Positions 54,423-62,321 of a stretch of 64,000 bases of DNA are shown piece after piece. Position numbers and translations under genes: made by a program. The DNA lies in assembly GCA_048882965.1 (NCBI GenBank), contig JBHLRC010000001.1:18716-82715 (forward strand), given 5' to 3'. This stretch comes from Candidatus Thorarchaeota archaeon. GTDB lineage: Archaea > Asgardarchaeota > Thorarchaeia > Thorarchaeales > Thorarchaeaceae. The notes under the pieces are model-generated. The model ran no database searches. It saw only the letters and a program-made list of their open reading frames with translations, and was not told the DNA's origin. How positions within the stretch are numbered: the stretch's first letter is position 1; each line of letters begins with the position of its first letter.

Positions 54423-55100
54423 TTGAACCAAGAGAATGATTCTTCGGATGAAGATATGGTCGAGAAAGCAAAGCAGCTACTTCTGCTAACTGACCTCATT
54501 GATAAATATCCAAAGGCAGTGGCTCGTAGGGTTTCTGGATTGGTCTACCTCATCATTGCTGGAGGAATATCTTTTGCCACGCTAATCTACATGTCTCTGT
54601 TAAAATTTCTTGGACCTATTGACCCAGTACTGGTAAATCTCGTTTTTGTTGGAATTAGCTTATTCTTCTCATGGTTAGTGGCTTTTAGACTAGTATTACC
54701 ACTAACTCAATCATACCCAAAAGAGCCAGAACCAAAAGAGGGACAAAGAGCTCCCTTCATAGTTTGGGGGATTCTTGCGGTTGCTATCGTGACTGTTGCA
54801 CTGATAACATTCTCAACTAACAATGGCCTCTTTTTCATACCTATTTTACAAATTATCATGGGCACTGGTTTTCTTAGCAACTATGTTCTTGGGAGAAAAA
54901 GTGTAGAGGCGGATATCTTCACACGAGAACATCTTTACTTTTCACTTGCAGTTTTTTTCAGTATTATTCCGATGTTTCTGATTCTAGAACTTGCATATGT
55001 CTTACTGATAGTCGTTGATATGGGAGGAATCTATGTGATGGGAATCTATATGCTCATCACCTCTGAACGACTTCTTCTAGAGAGTAAAGGACAGGGATAG
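54423..55100 (+). CDS. Hypothetical polytopic membrane protein
   Basis: TTG start preceded at proper spacing by a strong GAGGTGAT Shine-Dalgarno (54412-54419). About six TM helices. Confidence 0.55.
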   Translation: MNQENDSSDEDMVEKAKQLLLLTDLIDKYPKAVARRVSGLVYLIIAGGISFATLIYMSLLKFLGPIDPVLVNLVFVGISLFFSWLVAFRLVLPLTQSYPKEPEPKEGQRAPFIVWGILAVAIVTVALITFSTNNGLFFIPILQIIMGTGFLSNYVLGRKSVEADIFTREHLYFSLAVFFSIIPMFLILELAYVLLIVVDMGGIYVMGIYMLITSERLLLESKGQG

Positions 55101-55102
55101 AT

Positions 55103-55453
55103 GTGAGTCTTGATGGGGACCTCCTATCAGCGTTGGTAGGGCTCATGGAGGAAGACCGTGAGACTATGGTCCCCACTAGACTCTCTATTCTGGTCTATCT
55201 CTATTTCACACAAAATGCAACATTCCCAGTTCTGCAGAAGAAGCTTGGTCTCACCTCAGGGAATCTGTCCAGTCATCTCAGGAAACTGGAAGAGTTGGGT
55301 CTGATTCGGATTTCAAAACGATTTGTTGATCTCAAACCTACAACTTTTGCTGTTCTAACCAAAGAAGGAGCTGAACAGGTAAAAAACCAGATGGCTCGGA
55401 TGCGTGAAGTAGTTACAATGGTTGTTGAAAAGGAACTAGAATCAGAGGAGTAG
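55103..55453 (+). CDS. Winged-helix (ArsR/MarR-like) transcriptional regulator
   Basis: LSILVYLYFTQNATFPVLQKKLGLTSGNLSSHLRKLEELGLIRISKRFVDLKPTTFAVLTKEG is a classic wHTH. The GTG start follows the upstream gene's stop (TAG at 55098-55100) by 2 nt. Confidence 0.75.
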   Translation: MSLDGDLLSALVGLMEEDRETMVPTRLSILVYLYFTQNATFPVLQKKLGLTSGNLSSHLRKLEELGLIRISKRFVDLKPTTFAVLTKEGAEQVKNQMARMREVVTMVVEKELESEE

Positions 55454-55774
55454 TTTCTGTAGTTTTAGTAGGTCTGGTACTTCACCTTTGGTCTTGAGTT
55501 TACCAGCAGAGTAAGCAGCCATTGGGCTCTCTGTTTTCTCAATAATCGCAATGAATACGGGTGAGTCCATCGTCACTTGGAGCTCTGCATCGGTTTCACC
55601 CTCTGCAACTTCAAGGAGTTCAGCATCTCCAATCCTCATGAACATCTTGGTATCAATATCAGGAAAGATGAACTGGAGTGTTTTATTGTATTTCTTGAAA
55701 CGCCGTTGAATCTTTGGATCTTCGAATTTTTCTCCAAGAGTTTCAAGCATCGCCAGTATCTTTTCTTTAGACAT
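55442..55774 (-). CDS. SCP2 (sterol carrier protein 2-like) domain protein
   Basis: The C-terminal AAYSAGKLKTKGEVPDLLKLQKLL matches the SCP2 G-K-L-K-x-x-G-D motif. ATG at 55774. Confidence 0.65.
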   Translation of the reverse strand: MSKEKILAMLETLGEKFEDPKIQRRFKKYNKTLQFIFPDIDTKMFMRIGDAELLEVAEGETDAELQVTMDSPVFIAIIEKTESPMAAYSAGKLKTKGEVPDLLKLQKLLL

Positions 55775-55885
55775 ATAGACACCAAGCAACCAGGACACCT
55801 AGCCTGAGTTATATTTTTCCAAAAAGAAATAGAGAGAAGAGAAGGTGAAGGTAGCCTGATATGTTTGTGATTAACGGAGTCCACT

Positions 55886-57049
55886 ATGTATGACCTCAAC
55901 CGGTTCATTTATCAATCATTTACTAACACGCGCGGTTCTATTTCGAGAGAGTGGATGTCATTGACTGAAATCGATGAAACAACTAAGAATGAACAAATTA
56001 GAGAGAATAGAGAAAAGGAAGTAAATTCAGCATACTATGTATGGGCGGGTGGTCTTGTCTTCACTGTGATGTTTACAATAGTAATCTGGGCTGTAGGAAA
56101 AGGTCTAGATCCAGTACTTTCTACACTACTTCCAGATCAGGGAGCTGCATGGTATTTTTGGAAACTACCATCTCGTGAATTTATGACAATGTTCATTGTT
56201 TGGAGTTTCTATCTCGCGCATCAATTCTCACTTTGGGGGGTAATATATTGGGCACAGAAGAACCTGACTCATCTTCGTGCAAAACCAACAACTGGACTTA
56301 CAAGATACAACCTAGTTGCACTCATAATCAACTTCTCTTTCATACTACTTCATCTTATCCAGACTCATGTCTGGTTTGATGGACTCGCACAGGATGTTCC
56401 AATTTGGACAAGCCAGGGCTCAGTCATTGTGATGCTAGTCATTATACTCATTATTGAAAATCCAAGACGGGGGCTCTTTCTGGGTAAGAAGATGGGCAAA
56501 CCAATGACTGCACGTGTTTCGGGCTTTTTCAGGAGAAACCATCCTTACATCATAGGTTGGGCCATTGTATACACATTCTGGTTCCACCCAATGGCATATG
56601 ACCCTCAGTTGATAAGTGGGTTCTTCTATATGTTCCTTCTATTCACTCAGATCTCACTAGCATACACTGTGGTACATATCAATAAGGGATGGATTGTCTT
56701 GTTGGAAAGCTTTGTGGGTATTCATGCCTTCATCGTGGCAACAACCACAGCATCACAAGCGGCTATCGGAATCTGGGTCATGTTCGCAACAGGCTTTGCT
56801 TTCATGTTCGCGTTCACATACATCTTCATTTTTGATGTACGGAGAGAAATACGGTGGGGTGTTATTGCGGCTTACATTGTGTCTCTCATCTGGATTTACT
56901 TGCCAACTCAGTTTGGGGGATACGGGAGAAACCTTAGCTACCTTATGCGTCTAGAGTTCCTTTGGATTCCAATAATTCTGTACTTGCTTGCAATTGTCTT
57001 TTCAGTACTGGTTTTTGGATATCTAAAATTGAGGAAGACAACATCATAA
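55886..57049 (+). CDS. Hypothetical polytopic membrane protein (about 10 TM)
   Basis: Long hydrophobic ORF with no family recognised. The start may be the internal Met (MSLTEIDE). Confidence 0.5.
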   Translation: MYDLNRFIYQSFTNTRGSISREWMSLTEIDETTKNEQIRENREKEVNSAYYVWAGGLVFTVMFTIVIWAVGKGLDPVLSTLLPDQGAAWYFWKLPSREFMTMFIVWSFYLAHQFSLWGVIYWAQKNLTHLRAKPTTGLTRYNLVALIINFSFILLHLIQTHVWFDGLAQDVPIWTSQGSVIVMLVIILIIENPRRGLFLGKKMGKPMTARVSGFFRRNHPYIIGWAIVYTFWFHPMAYDPQLISGFFYMFLLFTQISLAYTVVHINKGWIVLLESFVGIHAFIVATTTASQAAIGIWVMFATGFAFMFAFTYIFIFDVRREIRWGVIAAYIVSLIWIYLPTQFGGYGRNLSYLMRLEFLWIPIILYLLAIVFSVLVFGYLKLRKTTS

Positions 57050-57062
57050 GATTGAGAAAAAC

Positions 57063-57081
57063 GAGGAGGCTAATCCTCCTC
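57063..57081. repeat. Hairpin GAGGAGG-ctaat-CCTCCTC followed by AAACC
   Basis: Perfect 7-bp inverted repeat 14 nt after the stop of 55886..57049. The stem composition and the AAACC 3' flank resemble the 9499 and 10174 hairpins. Confidence 0.45.
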
Positions 57082-57229
57082 AAACCATTCTTACATTGCT
57101 CAAGATATAGTACTCTTTAGAACACGTGTTCCAAATAAAATAGTTAACGCTGTGAAGCCCCTGACAGAAAGATTATATCGTTCATCACGCTGGGGCTTCT
57201 GTAACTACAGTGCCTTGGAGAATACTCCC

Positions 57230-60200
57230 ATGGTCAGTGAGTCAGCAAAGAAACCCCAACAGAAGACAAAGCCAACAGATGTCTTAGTCATAGGAGGCGG
57301 TATGGCTGGCATTAATGCAGCTCTTGGTTTGGCCGACGGCGGACATATTGCACACATGATTGAGAAGACTGTGAATATTGGAGGGAACTATGTAGCAATC
57401 TACAAGATCTTTCCCGCGTTAGAATGCTCAGCCTGCGTTATGACTCCTCTCACCTCTTTTGTTGGTAAACATCGAAACATCAGGATACATCCTCTTGCAA
57501 CAGTTGAGAAGGTAACTGGAAAAGAGGGTGATTTCACAGTGACAATACGACAAAAGGCCAGGTACGTAAATCCAGACACGTGCACAGGCTGTCAGCTATG
57601 TATCAGGTCATGTCCTGTTGAGGTGCCTAACGAGTATGATTTTGGTTTGTCACTTAGAAAGGCAATTTACATGAATTTCCCGCAACAGATTCCACTTATC
57701 GCTACTATTGATCGGGACGCATGCATAGGTTGTGGAACCTGCGCCTCTGTCTGTCCGAATGACTGCATCATGTATGATGATGAAGACAAAGTCTATGAAT
57801 TGAATGTGGGGTCCATAATAGTTGCAACAGGGTTCGAGGAATACAAGCCTCTTGATTATGGTGAATATGGATATGGAGTATTTCCAAATGTTGTAACAAC
57901 TCTTGAGTATGATAGACAGACTCACCCGACTGGTCCGACAGATGCGCACATGGTACGACCGTCAGATGGCAAGGAACCCGAGCGAATAATGTTCGTGAAT
58001 TGTGTTGGCAGCAGGGATGTTAGGGAAAACATCAGTGGCTATAGCAAGCATTGCAACAGAGTATGTTGTTCATTCGGTTGCAAACTAGCTCAGGTCACGA
58101 GAATGCACTACCCTGAAGACCACTGTGAGATTATCTACACCTATATGGACATGAGAACAGCTGGAAAAGCTCTGGAAGAATTCCTGTGGGACACACAGAG
58201 AAATCAAGGTATCAAGTTCATACGAGGCAGGGTATCGGAGATTCAAGAAGACGCAGACACTCATGACTTGTTTGTGAAAATGGAGGATACTGAAACTGGG
58301 GAAATCATAGAATTGGATAAGATATCAATGGTTGTCCTCAATTCAAGCTTCAGACCTAGTCAAGGTTCAGAAGAACTCGCAAAGGTCCTCAAAATAGACC
58401 TTACTGAAGCAGGATGGTTTAAGGAGAAGCATCCTAATGTTGCCGCACTTGAAACCGACCGTCCAGGCATCTACATAGCAGGATGTGCGCACGGTCCTCG
58501 AGATGGAACAGATTCTGTCAATGAGGGGAAGGGGGCTGCAATGGCAGCTCATTCCATTTTACCAGTTCCAACTCCAGAGGCTCCACCTGAAGTTCCCCCA
58601 GCAGAAATCACTGAAGAACCACGTGTAGGCGTATTCATATGTCATTGCGGGGGAATAATAGGTAATGAGATATCCTCTCCCGGACTTGCAGAATGGGCGA
58701 AGGATTTACCAAATGTCGTATACAGCACAGACTACATTTTCATGTGCAGTGACCCAGGGCAGGCTCTTGTTACCCAAGCCATAAAGGACCATAAGTTAAA
58801 CCGAGTAGTTGTCGGATCCTGTTCACCGTTACAACATGAACAGACATTCAGAAGTGCTTTGGAAGCAGCAGGTCTCTCAGGATATTATCTAGTTGGTCCA
58901 GTCGGTCTCCGAGAACAACTAGCTCTTGTTCACACAAAAGTTCCACGTGAATTGCGTCAAGAAAAAGCACAGGACATGATTCGAAGTGCTGTTGCGAAGG
59001 CAATTAACAATGAGATTGTTCCATTAAAGAGGGTTAAGGTCACGCCTGTTTCCATGGTTGTTGGGGGAGGTGTGTCTGGTATGACTGCTGCTTTAGACAT
59101 TGCACGAAAGGGCTTTGATGTTATTTTAGTTGAGAAACAAAATCAGCTTGGCGGAAGGTTGAATGAACTTCATCGTTTGTTTCCAGAAATGGAGTCTGCA
59201 AAAGATATTGTCAGTGACTTAGTCGCTAAAGTAGAGAGGGAAAAGAGAATACAAGTACTATTTAATTCAAAGGTAGTCAAACGGGATGGGTCATATGGTA
59301 ATTATGATATTACAGTAGAGAATGTTGAAACCAAAAAACGTGACGTGCATCGTATCGGTTCAATGGTTATCGCAGTCGGCACAGATGTCTATGAGCCCAA
59401 GAAGGGTGAATATGGTTGGGAAGAGGTGCCAGAGGTTATCACTACCCTTGAACTTGAGAGAAAACTAAGGAATGGAGAGTTAAAGAAAGCTCCAAAGAAT
59501 CCTGTGTTCATTCATTGTGTTGGATCGAGACAAAATCCTGGAGAAGGCAATAGGTACTGCTCTAGGGTTTGTTGTTCTGCAGTGATAACGATGCAGAATG
59601 AGCTCAAGGAATTATTCCCGGATATCAAGATATTCTCTGCGTATAAGGAACATATCCGTCCATTTGCCAATGGAATGGAAGAAATGTGGAGAGAGGATAG
59701 GCAGAAGGGAGTAGCGTATCTCCGCTGGGTCCGTGAGAAACCAGTGACAGTTGAGAAAAATCCTGATGGTACCGGAGCAATTGTCACTGTCTATGACACA
59801 CTTTCTCAAGAAACTATCAAGATCAAATCTGAGATGGTAGTTTTAGCAGTAGGACTTGAGGCACCTCATGATGTCAATGAGCTAGTCAAGGCGATGGGAA
59901 TCAATCGAGGGCAAGATGGATTCCTATTAGAAATGCACATGAAATTCCGACCTGTGGAAACAACTGTTCCAGGTGTCTTTCTAGGTGTTACCTACGCAAA
60001 GAATGTGAGTGATTCAGTTAATCAGGCTCGTGGAGCTGCAAGTGAAGCTTCTATACCACTAAACCTAGGAACAGTAGAAATTGAACTGTTGACCGCAGAA
60101 GTGGACCAGGATCTCTGCGTGGGATGTGACCTCTGTCACTATTCAGACATCTGCCCATATGACGCAGTTTCAATGATTGAAGTGGAACCAGGAGTGAAGA

Positions 60201-60334
60201 AAAGCGTCACTGATGAGATGCGTTGTGAAGGATGTGGAGCATGCTGCGCAATCTGCCCGACAGGTGCAAGGGACCTCCGTTGGTGGCGTGAGAAGAGCTT
60301 CCTTGAACAGACTGAGGAAATGTTGAGGGAGTGA
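57230..60334 (+). CDS. hdrA: Tandem (duplicated) HdrA-like FAD/Fe-S flavoprotein
   Basis: The first module has DVLVIGGGMAGINAAL, two ferredoxin CxxCxxCxxxCP motifs, NCVGSRD, and the HdrA C-terminal Cys domain VGVFICHCGG...MCSD...VVGSCSP. The second module has VVGGGVSGMTAALDIARKG, FIHCVGSRQ..RYCSRVCC, and a terminal 2x[4Fe-4S] domain (CVGCDLC...CPYDA, CEGCGACCAICPTGA). ATG at 57230 is preferred to GTG at 57152. Confidence 0.85.
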   Translation: MVSESAKKPQQKTKPTDVLVIGGGMAGINAALGLADGGHIAHMIEKTVNIGGNYVAIYKIFPALECSACVMTPLTSFVGKHRNIRIHPLATVEKVTGKEGDFTVTIRQKARYVNPDTCTGCQLCIRSCPVEVPNEYDFGLSLRKAIYMNFPQQIPLIATIDRDACIGCGTCASVCPNDCIMYDDEDKVYELNVGSIIVATGFEEYKPLDYGEYGYGVFPNVVTTLEYDRQTHPTGPTDAHMVRPSDGKEPERIMFVNCVGSRDVRENISGYSKHCNRVCCSFGCKLAQVTRMHYPEDHCEIIYTYMDMRTAGKALEEFLWDTQRNQGIKFIRGRVSEIQEDADTHDLFVKMEDTETGEIIELDKISMVVLNSSFRPSQGSEELAKVLKIDLTEAGWFKEKHPNVAALETDRPGIYIAGCAHGPRDGTDSVNEGKGAAMAAHSILPVPTPEAPPEVPPAEITEEPRVGVFICHCGGIIGNEISSPGLAEWAKDLPNVVYSTDYIFMCSDPGQALVTQAIKDHKLNRVVVGSCSPLQHEQTFRSALEAAGLSGYYLVGPVGLREQLALVHTKVPRELRQEKAQDMIRSAVAKAINNEIVPLKRVKVTPVSMVVGGGVSGMTAALDIARKGFDVILVEKQNQLGGRLNELHRLFPEMESAKDIVSDLVAKVEREKRIQVLFNSKVVKRDGSYGNYDITVENVETKKRDVHRIGSMVIAVGTDVYEPKKGEYGWEEVPEVITTLELERKLRNGELKKAPKNPVFIHCVGSRQNPGEGNRYCSRVCCSAVITMQNELKELFPDIKIFSAYKEHIRPFANGMEEMWREDRQKGVAYLRWVREKPVTVEKNPDGTGAIVTVYDTLSQETIKIKSEMVVLAVGLEAPHDVNELVKAMGINRGQDGFLLEMHMKFRPVETTVPGVFLGVTYAKNVSDSVNQARGAASEASIPLNLGTVEIELLTAEVDQDLCVGCDLCHYSDICPYDAVSMIEVEPGVKKSVTDEMRCEGCGACCAICPTGARDLRWWREKSFLEQTEEMLRE

Positions 60335-60338
60335 GACA

Positions 60339-60914
60339 ATGGTCTCATTGGATGATCTGTTAGCTGGATGGGTAGTCCTTAATGATTTACTCGGAGATCT
60401 CAAGAAGAAGAACGTGTTTATCCCTGATTTGACCTATGCGGACCTCAGAAACTCAAAGATGAGTCTAGAGTATCTTCGCTCCTTCGAGAGCGAGCTGAAA
60501 TCCGGAGAACAATGTGATGCTGATGCACAACTCCAAATGGAGATGGAAATTAATATTCAGCGTCTTAGAGACACTCTGATGGTCTGGGCGGAGGAGAAAG
60601 AAGGTCTTGAGTATCGAGCGTCCTGGGAAACTCGCTTTTCTAAGGCGCTTGCAGGTGAGAGTGACGAGTATAAAGCTGAGTCACAGGTTCACATCTCAGA
60701 CATCCCACGAGAGCGAGATGTTGGATTCTTTCGCATCAAGTTGCCCGAGGACATTCCTGTGGAGATAGTTTCTGAGATCGCAGAAGATTGTATGGTGAAT
60801 ATCTCACTGGATGGAGAACGTCATTTGCAGGTCAGTGGAAAGAGAGAATGCGTAAGAGATGCTATGAAGAAACTAGGGCACATCTTCTATGGCGACAATA
60901 AAATGGCTAAGTGA
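60339..60914 (+). CDS. Hypothetical protein co-transcribed with the tandem HdrA
   Basis: ATG 4 nt after the hdrA-like stop. Helical N-terminal half and mixed C-terminal half. No family confidently recognised. Confidence 0.5.
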   Translation: MVSLDDLLAGWVVLNDLLGDLKKKNVFIPDLTYADLRNSKMSLEYLRSFESELKSGEQCDADAQLQMEMEINIQRLRDTLMVWAEEKEGLEYRASWETRFSKALAGESDEYKAESQVHISDIPRERDVGFFRIKLPEDIPVEIVSEIAEDCMVNISLDGERHLQVSGKRECVRDAMKKLGHIFYGDNKMAK

Positions 60915-60924
60915 ATTGAATAAT

Positions 60925-61800
60925 CTAGATGCCAAGAATCTCGTTGATTGGATCTAAGCTCACCCTGTTAAGTTCAAATCCAAGAGGTTCGGGATCAATC
61001 CCCATAGCTATGCCCAACACCTGTGTAACAAACAATGCAGGCAATTCCAGAGAATTCCCTTCGTCATCCTTTAGACCTAGTTGTTGAATATCGAACTGTG
61101 TGTGACATGCTGGGCAGTTTGTGACAACACAGTTTGCTCCCGCATCATTCGCAGAGATCATTTTCTCCTGCAGTATTTTTGTCGCTACTTCCTCACTCGC
61201 GATTAGGAGAGGCGAACCGCAACAACGAAGTTTCATGTCCCAATGGACACTCTTGGCCCCAGTCAGCTCGATTAGCTCATCCACTTTCCCGGGCAATTCT
61301 GGGTCATCAAAACCAGCAACGTTGGAGGGGCGAATTAAGTGGCAACCTGGATGGAACGCAACCTTGAGACCATCCAAACGCTTGACTATCTTCTTTTCAA
61401 TCTCATCCTTCAACTCATAAAGAACTTCAACAAAATGACGAATCTTCACTTTCCCTGTGTACTCCAGACCCAGTGGTTTGAGTGTTGTATTGACTTTCTT
61501 TCTGTAGGACGCATCATCATGAAGTACGTGATCAGTGTCCTTCAAAGAACCAAAGCAACCGTTACAGGGAGTCACAATGTCATGGCCCCTCTTTCCAGCT
61601 AAGGCTATATTTCGACCGGACATCGAGAGCCAGCTGTTCTCATCAATTGACTTGAGGACTACTGTCCCACAGCATGATGCTCCATCGAAGTCTATCAGCT
61701 TAATACCAAGCTCTTTTGCAACAGCACGCATAGATGATTCATAATTGTTGAACCTGCTGGGGATAGCACACCCAAGGAAAACTTCGTAGCTCTGGGTCAT
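60925..61800 (-). CDS. hdrB: Heterodisulfide reductase subunit B (two CCG domains)
   Basis: CCG motifs are present: GASCCGT, CNGC, HPGCH, RCCGSP, CPACH. Confidence 0.9.
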   Translation of the reverse strand: MTQSYEVFLGCAIPSRFNNYESSMRAVAKELGIKLIDFDGASCCGTVVLKSIDENSWLSMSGRNIALAGKRGHDIVTPCNGCFGSLKDTDHVLHDDASYRKKVNTTLKPLGLEYTGKVKIRHFVEVLYELKDEIEKKIVKRLDGLKVAFHPGCHLIRPSNVAGFDDPELPGKVDELIELTGAKSVHWDMKLRCCGSPLLIASEEVATKILQEKMISANDAGANCVVTNCPACHTQFDIQQLGLKDDEGNSLELPALFVTQVLGIAMGIDPEPLGFELNRVSLDPINEILGI

Positions 61801-61801
61801 C

Positions 61802-62320
61802 CTACTCTTCCTCCTCCAGTTTCATGAGCTTCGTTTTGTCCAGCATTTTCTTTGTATCTGCTATATTCAGTTCAGGAACAGGATCAAGTTCAAGATCATC
61901 ACGTTCCCAATCTGTAGGCTCATAGAGACGCCCTGTTTCATACAATGACTGTCTAGCGCCAACATAACCATCAGGCGTGATTCCCTTCTTGAAAGCCATA
62001 TTCTTTAGCCCAAACAGGATGTCTGTTATATCAATACCCTGCGGACAACGTTCTTGGCACGTATAGCATGTTGTGCATAACCAGACCATGTCGGTTTCAA
62101 GGACTTCCTTCAGTCCAAAGAGGAGCATCCGCATGACCTCATGGATTTGGATGTTCACCTTGTCAGATACTGGGCAACCAGCACTACACTTAGCACATTG
62201 GAAACAGGTTGTGAGATCTTGGCCCCCAATCAGTTTGGAAACCTCGTTGGTGAACTCAGCATCCAGTGTTTTGAACTTCTTTCCCTCAAATGACTTGAAT
62301 TGACCCCAAGACTCTGTCAT
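61802..62320 (-). CDS. hdrC: Heterodisulfide reductase subunit C (2x[4Fe-4S])
   Basis: CFQCAKCSAGCPV and CTTCYTCQERCPQGI. One-nt spacing to both hdrA and hdrB. Confidence 0.9.
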   Translation of the reverse strand: MTESWGQFKSFEGKKFKTLDAEFTNEVSKLIGGQDLTTCFQCAKCSAGCPVSDKVNIQIHEVMRMLLFGLKEVLETDMVWLCTTCYTCQERCPQGIDITDILFGLKNMAFKKGITPDGYVGARQSLYETGRLYEPTDWERDDLELDPVPELNIADTKKMLDKTKLMKLEEEE

Positions 62321-62321
62321 C

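Noticed and set aside
57152-57229. GTG-initiated N-terminal extension of the tandem HdrA ORF (MKPLTERLYRSSRWGFC...)
   Set aside because: HdrA proteins start shortly before the FAD GxGxxG motif. ATG 57230 leaves 17 residues before DVLVIGGG, whereas the extension adds unrelated sequence. I am not certain of this.
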